Part shown: positions 13,331 through 26,343 of the stretch, in pieces
Numbering within the stretch: the first letter of the stretch is position 1
Layout of the letters: each line of letters opens with the position of its first letter
Assembly (NCBI RefSeq): GCF_009834535.1
Contig: NC_045696.1
Location: 16,494,001 to 16,558,000 of the forward strand
Source: Camelus ferus
Taxonomy: Eukaryota
Direction: 5' to 3'
DNA: 64,000 nucleotides
The notes under the pieces: model-generated
Told to the model about the DNA's origin: nothing
Databases searched by the model: none
What the model saw: only the letters and a program-made list of their open reading frames with translations
Position numbers and translations under genes: made by a program

Positions 13331-14764
13331 TCCTATTCTCTCAGTATGTGATACTCTATTTGTACTAAATATTCCACTTTACTAAATAAAGGTGTACCAT
13401 TAATCCGTTTCCTGTTGATGGTTGATTTTAAATTTTTGCTATTAAAGTAATGCTTCAATTAGTAACCTTGTATGTAGGATGCTCCATGTATACTAGTAGT
13501 TACAGGTGATCCTTTAAGTCAGAGTATGTGTATATTTGATAAACATAGATAACATCCTTTTGATGACGAATTTATCTGGTTAGCAGATTTTAGATTTCAT
13601 ACATGATTAAATATATTGACAGAAAGAGAAAATGTTTAGTTTTAGGGGAGGCTACTGCATTGTTATTTCTAAGGGATCTCAAAGTTGGGTATTACTATGT
13701 CAAGCTTGCCTGGAGAGAGAAAAAGGGCAAATTTTCATATATATATGTATTTAAAATAATGGAATTTCTTAAAATGAATATGGAGACTGTGTTCTTGAGC
13801 TGCAGAATTTAGGAAAAGCCAAACTGATGCTTGAGCTGTCTGTAATGAGACCGTCTGAGTCAATGTGAAAAACACAGTCCCTCAGGTCTGGACATACACA
13901 TATGCCAGGTACAGACAGTCTCCAACATCAGAACAAGCTGTATTTCCAAAGGCACTGGAGACTTGGATAGGTTTTCCCATTCCCGTCAAGCAACTGTGAG
14001 CAAGGCCAGGAGCCGAGTGGAATACAGAAAAGTTTAAAACGATACTTGTTTCTTATAGGAGCTCATGATCTAGAAGAGAGGACAACATGTACGCAGGTAA
14101 CAAATGCGGGGCACGGTGTGTAGGAGGGCCACAAACTGCTTTGGGGGAGCGGAGGAGAAAGATCACTTTTGGGTGCAACCCTTTTCAGAGCTCTTTTCCT
14201 GTGTGCTCAGCATGGGCACAGAGGTCAGAAACTGCTGAGCGCTCAGCCTTTGGGAAAGGGTAGGATTTTCACAAGTGGAGACTGGGTATAAAGATCGGTG
14301 AGGCCTTGACAGCACAAGAGGAGAGAGTGAGATAGGACAGCAGTGACATTTCATGCTTGTTTCATTACTCAGCCCGCTCTTTGGCAGGAACTGGCACCCA
14401 CTTCCTTCTCATTGACATTCCCTAACTACTGCTCTAAGCAGCAGCTGATCGGTTAGGTCTAGATGGTACAAGATTATGGATTGGTTCCAACTGGTGGCAA
14501 CTGGTTTCAGTGGGTGACTTTCAAGTTAGGTGGATTTGACTGAGATGGTTAGGATGCTTTTGGCAGGGAGGAATAATGGGACCTGAAATTTAATTGCTGC
14601 TTATCTCCCAGAGAGGTCAACGATAGGGCGTCTCATCCCTCGGCCCATGTTGAGAACCTCTGTTACACAGAGTGAATGCTGGGTAAACATTACACTTGTA
14701 TGTGGCAGGATTCCTGCTGAGCACCATTCCTAGTTGCCACACCAACAGTAGCCCTGAGTGTTAA

Positions 14765-14928
14765 CCACTGTTTCTCAGAGTTGGTTTATGAACCGCTTGC
14801 AACTGGATCACCTGGTTAGCTTGGTAATGGTAGTTTCCTCAGCTTCATTACAGAGTCAGAATCTTTGGGATTGGGAGCCTGGGAACCTGCACCTTCACAA
14901 GTTTCGGAGGTGAGAATCACTGCCCTAG
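14765..14928. mobile_element. MER5A-like DNA transposon remnant
   Basis: cactgtttctca ... cagagtcagaatctttggg ... gagaatcactg. Confidence 0.55.
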
Positions 14929-17706
14929 CTCTTCAGTTATATGTAGAACTTTCCAGTCATTTGTTGGCTATAATAAACTTTTATTGACCCCATATCACCC
15001 CTTTGAGCCTATCAGTATAAAGTGAAATGTTCATTGTATTTAAACTTTTTTCTGTTTTTGCAGTTGGACTTGGAATAATACTGATATGATAAAGTAGTAA
15101 ACATTTGAGGGGGATGCAGAGATGCAGGATGGCAGATGGACCCTCAGGGGTACCACCTGCTCTAGTGCCATCATTCACACACCGAAACAAATGAGGGTAC
15201 AGCGTGTTCAGGGTTGGTGACCTGGGAAATCCCTGAGCTTTGCAGAGAAAGGGGGAGGAGTGATCAGAGACAGAGAAGACATCCTTGGGATGCTGTTTGA
15301 GCAGTCCACCTAAAAACATCATTACTTAAGTGGTCAGGAGGATGTATGTGTTAGCCAGGTGAAGGCTAAAACTGGAACATTTAGATGAGTTAAAACACAG
15401 TAGCAACAAAAACAGGCCTTTTATGTGTACATTACTTCCTTGTCCTTACTGAATATGAGAGAATTGGAAATCCAAAGTGGAAAGCTGAACTCTTCTGTTT
15501 GTCTCTTGGTTTCACTGTTTTCTGGTCATCATTAGTGGAGAACCACATAATGGGTCAACTTTTTTTTTGAATGCTTTCCATTTATGGACTCTCTATTTTC
15601 TTCAAGCTCTTTTTCCTTTCCAAGTTTCCCCACCTTATTTAAACAAAGTCCTGGTCTCTCTCCATCTCTCCTTTTGGAAAAATTCTAATACTCCATGTTT
15701 CCTACACCTACTTTGATCCCCTGACTTCCCTTTTTTTCTTCTTAATCCTCTATTTTTCCCCTGTATTTTTAAGCTACTGAGTCTATCTAGCTGCTGATAG
15801 TGAATAGGAAAGGACTGGTCTCTAATTTAGCACATTTTTGGGGAAGTGGGTCAGACCCTAGAAACCATCTTGATAGTCTTCAATTTTTTTTTTTTTTAAA
15901 GAAACCAGGTCCTGCATAATGTAGTGCTTCACGCAGTTCAGTTATTCTGTGTACAAAGTTGGGTTCCTTTCCTTTCACCGTCTACCACGGAAGCCACTTT
16001 CACTGCAGCCACACTTAGTTTCTCACCTCAACACACACAATTCCTTGCTACTTACCTCCAACCCAAACACACACCCAGTCTCCCTCATGCTCCAAGAATT
16101 TTTGAAATGACTGAATATATTGGTCAGGAGAGCTCCATCTAAGACCAGGAGATCCAGAGCTAGAAGGCTTGGAGTGTCAGGCACCAGAGAAAGCCCAGTG
16201 ACCCTGGCAGTATCTGGGTCCTTGGGTTCTCTTCATGGGGTTATGGTTAGATTGGAGCTACTGTGTTCTTGGGGAGACCTGCTATCGTAGATTGCTTGAT
16301 TTAAAGGCTGAAATTAAGTTTTAAAGCTAGTGTTTATTTAATACTGCCTGCATAATAGACATGGTACTCTTTGAGTGCACTCTTTTCATTTAAGCCGCCA
16401 TCCTTAACAAAATCCATTCACTGAGGAGGACACTGAGGCTTAGAGAGGTTAAGTAACTCCCTTAAGTTCCATGTAGGGTAGTCTCATGCTCTTCAAACAA
16501 GGCATTTCACAGCACAGTTTTTCTGAAACTGCCTTTGTGATGTTCACAGCTTTTCATTATAACAGCAGGAAGGTAGAACCAGGTGAGTGTTTCAGGCCTA
16601 ACACTTTGGGACTTCGTGGCTGTAGGCAGCCAGCGGGCTTTTGAAGACTTGGGACTCAAAGCAAGGACAAGCCATGCAGGTGAAATGAACCGTCTGAAGA
16701 AATACCTTGAAAGTGATGAACCTACATGGAGGTCCGTGGAGCCAAATGTTCATTCCAATGGTTAAGAGGAGAAATTTATTTTGGCAGCACACACAACTTG
16801 AAGAGAAATGGGGGCTAGATCTAGGGGATGCTCTCAAATGAGAATATTGTATCCTAGGAGTCAGGAATATTCCCCTTGGTCTTCTCATAATTTCTTTCCA
16901 CTGTCTTCTTTTGTGTCAGCAACTTTTGAAATTATAGTTTGTACTTTGTGAAAAAGGGCCATAACAACAACAACAACAAAATTTAAATCAACTAATGACT
17001 CAAGGGATTTATTTGGTTACAGTGCATAACCGTTTGACGAAATGTTGAGCTGCTAATACAAATAAATTCACATTAAATATGCTAACAGTTACAATTAATT
17101 ATATATTTGTAAGTGATCTAGTTCTATAATTATGCAGAAAAATTGCATAGAAATCCAGGCCTGAAAAATTCTGTGAATCAAATCATTAGCTATTCTCTAA
17201 CAAAGCAGGGGGACTAGTTCTTGGATTAATTTTACGATGACATTAATGTAGCACTTTATATCTTACAAACTAGTTCTCTATCTCAGGTAAGCCTCACACC
17301 AAACTTGTCACGTTTTAGCCCCATTCTGTGGAAGAAGAAACAGGCTGAGAGAGAAAAAAGTGGATTCTCTGATCCCACGGCATTACTATGTGGCTAAGCT
17401 ATTGAACTTGAAGCTAGATTTGAACCTTAATTTCAAATACGCAATTTTCATTAAATCTTTATATCTTGTAGGGAAAAGGTGGGGGTTAGCTCTCAGACAT
17501 TATTTACTATACTGATTTTTAAAAATAATTTCTAAAAAACATTGTCATAGCCTTTTAGTCTCCTTAATTCACATAAAAGTATTCATTTTAAACTCAAGTT
17601 GTCTAGATAGCCTTATTGTTACGTAGGGAAAAATACCATTTCTAAATCTTTTTAAACAAGTTTCTAGACAATCCATGACAGTTAAAGTAGTCCTTCTAAA
17701 TTTTAA

Positions 17707-17811
17707 AAATTATTTATTTACTTATTAATGGAGGGACTGGGGATTGAACCCAGGACCTCATGCATGCTCAGCACGCGCTCTACCACTGAGTTACTACTGC
17801 CCCCCACCCCC
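17707..17811 (-). mobile_element. tRNA-derived SINE (camelid Vic-1-like)
   Basis: Minus strand has A box (AACTCAGTGGTAGAGC), B box (GGTTCAATCC) and an A-rich tail. Confidence 0.85.
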
Positions 17812-18215
17812 AATTTTTAACTACAAAGGCTCTAGAAATTCATTTCAGAATGTATTTAGTCCATGTTTCTTCCAGTTGAATTATTAAACGTGTTTATGAA
17901 CAGTTATAACGAACAAACCATAACTCTGAATTTAAATGACACGAATACATTTTCCATTAAAGAGAAATACACAGATGTGGGCTTGGGGGGTTAAAGTAAA
18001 AATGTTTGCAGTCAGGTTACTGCTGATAAATCTTTTAAATGACCTGACTCTGAAAACTTAATTTAAGGTGGAACATCTCAGTGACCAGATGATGATTAAC
18101 AAAAAGTAATAAAGCCTGGAGTCTAAGTTTGTCCAGCAGGGTGACTCATGGCACTCTGTCACCCTCCCACGGCAGCGGTTTGTTCCACGTGAATGCTAGT
18201 AACAGGCATCATATC

Positions 18216-18279
18216 CTGCTAATGCTAACATGTAGGAGTCAGTCGGAGTAAAAACCCCTATCACGATTAGCATTAACAG
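18216..18279 (-). ncRNA. MIR155: pre-miR-155 hairpin; 5p at 18254-18276, 3p at 18217-18238
   Basis: Minus strand contains TTAATGCTAATCGTGATAGGGGT (canonical miR-155-5p) and the complementary arm CTCCTACATGTTAGCATTAGCA. Confidence 0.99.
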
Positions 18280-18330
18280 CATACGGCCTACAGCAAGCCG
18301 CCAGCACTCGGAGGATGAGGCATAAAGAAT

Positions 18331-21300
18331 TTAAACCACAGATTTCCCCTTCCTGGTTTGTGCCACCTGCAAGAGAGAGAGAGAGGGTTGTGTACGCACA
18401 TGCAGTTGTCAAGTTGGAGTGACAGAATATAAATATGCAAGCAAAAAGAGTCCATGTATTTTTTAAAGAAAAGAGCTCATGAAATGCTAGGAAGTCATTT
18501 GTTGAAAAGGCTAGAGAAATTGGCAATTAAAACTTTTTACCTTTAAGTGTATTTGAAGACTACTTTAGAATTTATGTTTTAAATTCTGTTCTGTAGTTGT
18601 GAATTACTTACACATACGTATCATCTTCTTTAAAACAAAACCAAAACCACTCATCAGAGTCCCCAAATGCTAAGATGCAGAGGGCAGACCCTGAGTTCTG
18701 ACGCCGTTCTGTCTTTTCTGGTTTAGATCTCACCTGGGAACTAGGCAATTTAAGTAAAAGGCCAAAATATTAACAAGAGTAGTTTGTTTTTGATGAAAAT
18801 TAAAACTGAACTGTTTTACAAAGGTAGAGTTCAAGCTAGACTTTTATTCTGTAATAAATAGTTGCGGCTTTATCTTTATTTATAACTTATTTTTTCCAGG
18901 AGATATGATACAGTCCGTGGGGGTCTTCCCTACAAATGACTCCGTCATAGAACAGCGCCAACTTCTATTTAGAGATTCCTTTGGGGAAAGCACTAGCCAG
19001 TAGCTTTGGTTTTGACCCACGTAAAGGAAGCAGGACTTAAAAGAGTGCTGGGTTTCAAACTACTTGTCTTCGGCACAGTGGATTAAAAAAAGAAAAAGAT
19101 GAATTTGCTACTTCCTGTTACAGTCTGATTTTACTCTCTCAGATAAAGTGACATTTCTCCCACAAGCTTCTGGTTTCGGTGTTACTACAGCAGAACCTCG
19201 AAGTTAGACTACCATTCAAGTATGTGGTCTCCCCTAGTGCAAAAGGGGAATCACCTTCTCTTTTATTTAATCCTGAAACCAGCTAGATGTAAAACTGTGA
19301 TTAAGTTCAAAAGAAGTGTATAAAGTTAAAAATTCCCCAGTGAATATATTTTGACAGGGCAGAATATCGTGGTTTGGAAATTTCCAAACCAAGGAAATTT
19401 ATCATTCTTACTGACAGTAACTTTTTTCTTTAACCTTACTGTTTGCTGAGATGAATTAGTTTAATGATGAAGAGCTTTGAATTAAATGATGTCAATTCAG
19501 GATTTTAGTTTTTTTTTTTTTTTACAGATTTTCAGTCAATATTGTTAAAAAAAAGAAAGGACTTTAAACCCCCCTCCACAGAGTCTTGGACACAGTAAAT
19601 GCTCAAGAAATATATGTTAGTATCCTAATGTTAGTTCAGCCAGTATAATTCAGCCTTCTCTTAAAGAGCTGTGTCTAATTCGTATTTAAGGTGAAGTGCT
19701 TGCATACTGTTCTATCTATAAATTTTACTTCTGTTCTTTAAAGGTGACATCTGAGTACAGGTATTAAAAGAAATATATTTAGTATAATAATTAGATTTTT
19801 TCCTCTTTCATCTTTCTTTCGCAAATTGCCCAGAGTGCTCAGAAAAATGACAAATGTTTTTCACAATGTGCTATACTATATTAAAAATTCTAACAGCTTT
19901 TATTTTTTTGTACTGGTGCAAACACTAGAGGGATGCTGAAATAAAAGCATCGCACGGGTCCCCTTTTTGATGCTCAGACAGGAACTGTGGTTCTGTGTTA
20001 ATCTAGACCAACTTCTCAGGCACGATGCAGTCCTTAAACCACACGGAATAAGCAGTTTGTCTAAATACGTGACACAATCTTGCATCTCATCTAAAACACA
20101 GTGAGGGATGAAAAACATTCATCCCAATAAATAAAAGAGAAAATATCCCGGAATAGTATTTTAAAAAGTATAGTCAGTAGACTTGTAGATATTAGAATGA
20201 CCACAAGGTCACCCACCCACCAGCACGGAAGCTGTGCTCACTTTCAATGTTTTTGCCTGGGTTTTCGCAAGGAAGACTCAAGCTAACCAGCGACGGAGCT
20301 GCTGTGTGTCTGAGTGGAAATCAGAAATCACAGACAAGAAAGGCTGGTCTATGAGCCAAGGCACTGGGCACAGGATGATGTCATGAGGTAGCAACAAAAT
20401 GAAGTGGTTTCTGGGATCAGTACAGCCACCCTGCTGGTGGAGTGGCAGAAGACGAGTTACATACGATTACAGACCCAGCAATCAACAGCGGCGGCTGCTA
20501 ACCATTTGATGAGACAGTAACAAGTGTGATGTGTGATGCATAGCAATGCCGAGAAACTGATGTGGGTTGTACACTACGAGTCAGAGTGAGGGTCTTGTCT
20601 CGGGTAGTTCTAGAGACACACCTCCATTCCTCCCTTCATGCCATGATGCTTTTAGCCCCACAGCATGACAAGACCATTGTGAATGTAAGCTTTACTACAG
20701 CCATGGTTCTTTTCAGTAGCTGGTTCCAAGTTCAATGTAGTACTTGGCAGAATTTATTACTCAGTAATTGTCAAAACCATTCCTTCTTATCTTGAATAAA
20801 AATCTACCAAATCTAGATATACTAGATAAAGAACAAGGATAGATATCTTTCATCAGATGGTAGATCTCGTCTGCCCCTGGTAGTGAGAACTAAACTGAGG
20901 GCGGCACTCTGGGAAAATTTTTCTTAAACGATGCTTTTCTGAAGGATGATTTCTTTTTTTTGGAAGAGGGGGCCATATGATTTCAATATATCCTTTTATT
21001 CTTACCTTGTCGATTTGCCAGGAAAGATCTTACCAGCTACATAGTCAGAGCAGAATACGTCTTACGTTTGTCACTAACGATCTCTTCAAAGATGAGTCCT
21101 AAGTTCTATCCTTCCGCAATTTTATATATTTCTGTATTTTCTTATTTTCCTACTTATTCTCAGCACTGACCACTTACATTTGCATACCAAAAGAACTGCA
21201 TGCCATAAAGTTATCTTTAAAAAGAAGAGTCACAATGACTGACTTTCACAGCCAAGCCATCATGGAGACAGCCCCGACTTTATTCACCATGATAGTTTAA

Positions 21301-21899
21301 ATATTTGGAAACTATTAATTTGTTGTTACAAAGTGAATGTGCACCTCTTTCTACTGGAAGTCATGATTTCATACAGATGTAGCCATATGAATTCTAGCTC
21401 CAAAGCCATTTTAATACGTGAAAAGTAATTATGCTTTTGAAAATTAAAATGATTAAGTTTAGATAGCTTCCTTCAAATATTTCCCTATTTTTACTTAATT
21501 TTCTTACGTACCAGTTAGAGACACAATCATTAGAATGGGACTGAATGTTGATTCCTCTTTGGACCTGTTCCCTGAAAGTGATCAGCATCTAATTGCGTAA
21601 GAAAGCAGTTTCTGACCTTCCCGCTGGAACTTACTAACTCCCTGTGTTCTGAAGTTGCTGTATTTATTTAGATCATACAACTAAGCAGTGGAGATGAATG
21701 AAAGATGTAAAAACCAAGATCCTGAGAAAGTTTGTACCTATCATAGTTCATCTTGGAAGAACAATTTCTTGATCACCTTTTGACCTAGGGTGCCTGCAAA
21801 CATGATGTCCCCAAGGACCTGCCCCTCTAAAAGTTCTGCCTCTGTCTTAATGCTTCCCTTCCCTTCAACTTAGTCTGAATTTCTTACCATCAGAACCAT
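18331..21899 (-). CDS. Putative miPEP155/P155-like micropeptide [15 protein letters not shown] (spliced 21899-21888 + 18366-18331)
   Basis: In-frame ORF across the exon 2/3 junction. Its last 12 residues match recalled human [17 protein letters not shown]. Translation is not shown by sequence alone. Confidence 0.5.
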
Positions 21900-21968
21900 C
21901 TCCTTTGGGTGGGAGAACCAAGGTGACAGGTAAAGGTTTCAGGTAAACTGTTCTTGAAATGCACATTA
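21888..21968 (-). ncRNA. MIR155HG: MIR155HG exon 2 (5' boundary uncertain, 21968-21973)
   Basis: TGCATTTCAAGAACA...TACCTGTCACCTTGGTTCTCCCACCCAAAGGAGATGGTTCTGATG resembles recalled human exon 2. It has a strong ATG|GTAAGA donor and an upstream pyrimidine tract. Confidence 0.78.
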
Positions 21969-24900
21969 CTTATTTGGAGAAGGAGAAGGATGGGGTTGAA
22001 GCCCCTCCATGGTCACATCAATTTAGTCTTGTTAGTTAGGTTAGTTAGCTAGTCATCTTTGAAAGCAGACATGAAGGACAGAGGAGGGAGGACCTAGGAT
22101 GGGTAAGTTTTCATGGGGATAAAGAGTGAATTAGAGGAAAGATGAGAATATACCCCAAATTGTTCCAGAGCTCATCCTTTTCACGTCCAGCCTAAAACAA
22201 CCATAAATTAAGTATTTTAGAAAGTAACACCTGCATTTTAGCTCAGTCATCTGTGTTGCAACCTCTAAGTGTTATAAAATCTTGTATAAAGTGTTTAATT
22301 TCTCAGTAATTCTTCAACAAGACTTTTAAATATTCTGTGACAAAAAGAAATATTCCACTGACTGGTTTTCTAAAGTGTGTTTATTCGTGTGAAGTTTTTA
22401 ATCATGTTTTCCCTAGAATAGGATTATTCTATGTTACATCTCAGTTACTGATTTTAGACGAAGTCAACTTCTGGGCTGTAAGGAAATGGGGCAAAGAGTA
22501 TTAATGCTCCTCTTGAATTCACATGAGTTTCCTCATTAAAAAAGAATTGATGGTGTGACCTGCTACTGATTGAGATGGTAGCTAACTGTGGTCACGTCTT
22601 CAGAAGCACACAAATGCATCTTCTAAAAGCAAAATGGATTGTTCTATAAGAATAACTCACATCCTGACCTCTTGATGAATGAGAAAATTACTTTTCATAT
22701 CTTTAATTTACATTTAAGAAAAATCCCCTGTCTAAGCTATTGCTGCGGAAAAAGTTATAAACTCACTATGGCAGGATATTCTCTTCCACTTACTTCCATA
22801 AAAATCTAACATCCCTTTTCTGAATAGTTCTAATTAAAAAAATTTTTAATGAAAATACCCACTTTTTCTAAATTAGGAGCTCCTTATTGAAAAAGACTGG
22901 TTTGCCCATGAAACAGCTTTCATAGGATATACCTTTCTGTATTTTAAAATTCAGAAAATGAGTGTTTTTAAAGATATATGCCAATAATGATGTTAACACA
23001 TGAACCTAAGTGTGACATACTTCTGAACTGTGTCAGAAGAAAGCCAACGTGGATACACAGGGTCACTATGGAAACATTGTATTGAGGGACCATTTACTTG
23101 TGACGGCACAAACGAGAAAGGCCACTGGCCTGAGAGGGTTATTCTGTTCTTCCCACTTTTAAAAGCAGGCAGTTTTTAACTGAAACTTCTTTGGAACTTA
23201 TTTACAAGCTAAGGAACCTTCCCAATAGTTCTGCTATGGACAGTGATTAATACCTGCACTTTTCTGATAAGGATGTGGAAAAATACAGGTTAGAAATATT
23301 TTCCCCCAGAGTCATTCCGTGGAGTGAGCAGAAGTAGGTACAGAGCCAGCCCACGCCCAGCTGCTCGTCCTGGACCAGAGGCTCACAGAGGGGACTTCCC
23401 CTACACCCTGACCTCACTCTGGCTCAGCCTCAGGCCTGAAATTTTGGGAAAAGGTTTTCGAAGAAACATGGATAAAAACAAGGGGCCGGAAGGAGAGAAC
23501 TCAGGGAGCTGCAGTCAATCGCTTTAAATCACGGCCCTTCATTCTTCTTTCAGATTGACCAAACGGTTTCCACGTGCCTTTGACAACTTAAAGGTATCAC
23601 ATGTCCAGAGAGAATTTTAATGATAATTTTCTCTTTTTCATTTATCATTTATTTTCAGTATCTTTTCTCTCCCCTCCCCCCAGGACAAAGGAACGGTGAC
23701 AGCAGTTATCAGCTCTGTGTGTCTGCCATCCTTCAAAGGGTCACCTCTTCTAGGAGGCCTTCTCTGTGCCTTTGAGTTCACAGTGATTATTCTCAACACC
23801 GAATTTCAGTAAAATGCCTCCTTTAGAACGTATTGTGTGTAACCTGTTTGTTAGTTACAGATACAGGGTCCCCTATGTTTGGCCTTATAGGAAAAATTGG
23901 CTTTTCTCTTTCTATAAGCCACAGCTTATAATTTTCTACCTCTACACACCGTCATGGCAAGGAAAAATCTGTGTACTGAGAACTGTTAGACAAACTGGGC
24001 AAGTTCTGGGAACAGTCTGGTTTTGTCCGTTTAAAAATTAGTTTTCTTAAGATGCTACATGTATCAGATACCCTGTGTTACAAGCAAATCCCATACCATT
24101 TACTTTTTACACCCCCGCCCAGCACTTTACTTCGTGCCTTAACACACGAGATGAGGGTTATGTTTATGCTCCACGCAAAGGCATCTCTAGACACAGTTCA
24201 TACGTACACTTAGGCATTAAATATACCTCCAGATTGCTCGTCCACCTTGCGGTCTTTCTCGGGCAGAGAGCAAACCCTTGGAGGCTGGGTTCTTTGTCTT
24301 CTGACGTGACCCTCCCGGCTGTCTCCCCCAGGGTGGTCCGTCAGTCCTCCCCCCATTACCCTGCCCCATGACTGTCTCCTGTGCTTCTTTGCCAGCGTGG
24401 AGATGTCTGTGAGGGCGGGGACTGGGTCTTGATACATAGCTGACCCTCAGTAAATGCTTTGAATAAATGCTTGAGCACCTCCAAAGACATGTCTGTCTGC
24501 ACAGCTGGCTTGGATTTGACATTGGAACACTTCAGTAAGATTGAACTAATATGCAGATCTCGGAGTGCTAGTGTGGAAGGAGCTCATAAATGTGGAAACA
24601 AATCAGTGAGGTGTGTTGGTATTCCAGATTAGTAATGGGCCATTTACATTTAGAGGAGTCCAGGCGTGGATCTCAGTCCAGAAAGTATAATCGTTATAGG
24701 ATAAAGCCGGAAAATTCTACCCGATATTATCATCTGCAGTATGGATAAAAATCAGGTTCCATTCCTGTTTCTTTCTGACCCGTACTTGGATGCCATAGTC
24801 ATGTGTAGGAGTGGGTTCGGAGTCTTAGGGGGTCACAGCCAGAGCAGTTAGAGATGGGATACCAGGTCTGCCTATAGGTACAGACATAGTGATGGAGAGA

Positions 24901-26311
24901 GAGATGGATAGGGGCAGAGACAGAGAAAGCAAATGTGGCAAATGTTAACAATTAGTGCATCTAAATTAAAGGCCTGGGGTGTTACCATTCTGTTGTTTTC
25001 AACCTGCCTGGGTTCCCTTCCTGACCCCAGTGATGTTACTAGCTGTGTGGTACTTGGCAATTTCGTCGATCTCTTTAAGTTTTAGTTGCTTCTTTAAAAC
25101 TGGAGATAATGATAGAACCAACTCAAAAGGTGGCTGTGAAGATGAAGTGAAATATGAACGTAAAGCATTTAGTAAGGTGCCAGGCTAATAATCACAATGG
25201 TTGTTAGCCACAGTGTTAACTGCCACAGTCAGGAATTCTTGCTGAGTACCTGTAAGTCTCTGTCCATCTATTACGTGTTGTGCTGGTTGTTTCAAAAGTA
25301 TAAGTCAAGATACATTTACTACTGTACAGCTGGGTCATTATATAAATTACAGGTTATCGAAAATCGTGTACAAGGCAAATAATTCTTTGTTACCCTGATC
25401 TCTAAGTCATGAGGAACTTTTAAAAGGTACACCAAAATGTTTCCTTGGAAATAATTTTCTAAAATGTTTTATTAGTTTTTCTCTGGATTCAGGAGAAAAA
25501 TGCATTCTGAAACTATTACAACTCCTTAAAACCAAGCAACTTCTTACCTTGTCAAGAATTTTTAGAGACCACTTTGGACATAGATGCTTTCCTTTCTCAG
25601 ACTGCTTTTGTGTGTCACTTTCCAAAGTGGTTTCCTGAAATATACAGGATCATAAACGTACTCATACTAAAAGCAAACACTTCCATGGGGCACCCTCTGG
25701 GCCAGGCACTGGTTTGACCGCTTGATGTACACTAACTGGCTTGTTTCTCTTAACAGTCTCCGTAATGAGTATTATCATCCTGCCCATTTGCACAGGGAGG
25801 CATGGGCGGGTGAAGTAACTTGCCCAAGGTTATATTGCTGGGATGCTAACCTGGGCAATCTGGTACCAGCATCCATGCTCTGAACCGTGATGCTGGCCTG
25901 GCCGTGGACCAGCCACATAAAAGAGCACAGCATTTTGTTACGACAGCCTGGAATCTGTACTGCGTAGAGAACATTCTCATTTACGAGTAATGACACCAAC
26001 GTCATTACATGTCATTGTCTGTATCCAAACATCAGCTTCGCAATTTCATTAAATCAGCTGTCTGATATCCTCAGTAATTTTTCCCACTGTCAGTGCCTTA
26101 ACCCCATCTACCCATGTACAGTTACAGTTTTTCAGAATTAGCACGGATACTCACAGTCTGTCTTGTCCCATGCTACCTGACCGATGTGAAGCCTCCTTTT
26201 CTGACTAGTGTGTCATCTTGCGTAAGGGTGGGAATCATGCCTTTTGGTTCAAAGTGTTTTTCCTTTGCTGTGAGTCTTGGAGCTGTGAGTGAGGATGCGG
26301 AACTGTTCAGA

Positions 26312-26343
26312 CATGTGACCATGTGACCATGTGACCATGTGAC
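26312..26343. repeat. Perfect tandem octamer (CATGTGAC)x4
   Basis: Seen directly. Confidence 0.95.

Larger units (their letters stand above)
16990..18366 (-). ncRNA. MIR155HG: MIR155HG exon 3 (terminal exon; 3' end inferred)
   Basis: (CT)n-TTGCAG acceptor, then GTGGCACAAACCAGGAAGGGGAAATCTGTGGTTTAA. A candidate minus-strand AATAAA lies at 17008-17013. Confidence 0.8.

Noticed and set aside
17730..17800. Possible tRNA gene (also 57485-57558)
   Set aside because: A/B boxes are present, but the A-rich tail, lack of a clean acceptor stem and a second diverged copy indicate a SINE.
18239..18526. 95-aa unspliced ORF over miR-155
   Set aside because: Its 5' half lies in intron 2 and it lacks an ATG start. 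Only the exon-3 part is relevant, as part of the spliced 68-aa ORF.
26312..26343. CRISPR-like or other prokaryotic array
   Set aside because: A simple tandem repeat without spacers, in mammalian DNA. No such system was seen anywhere in the window.
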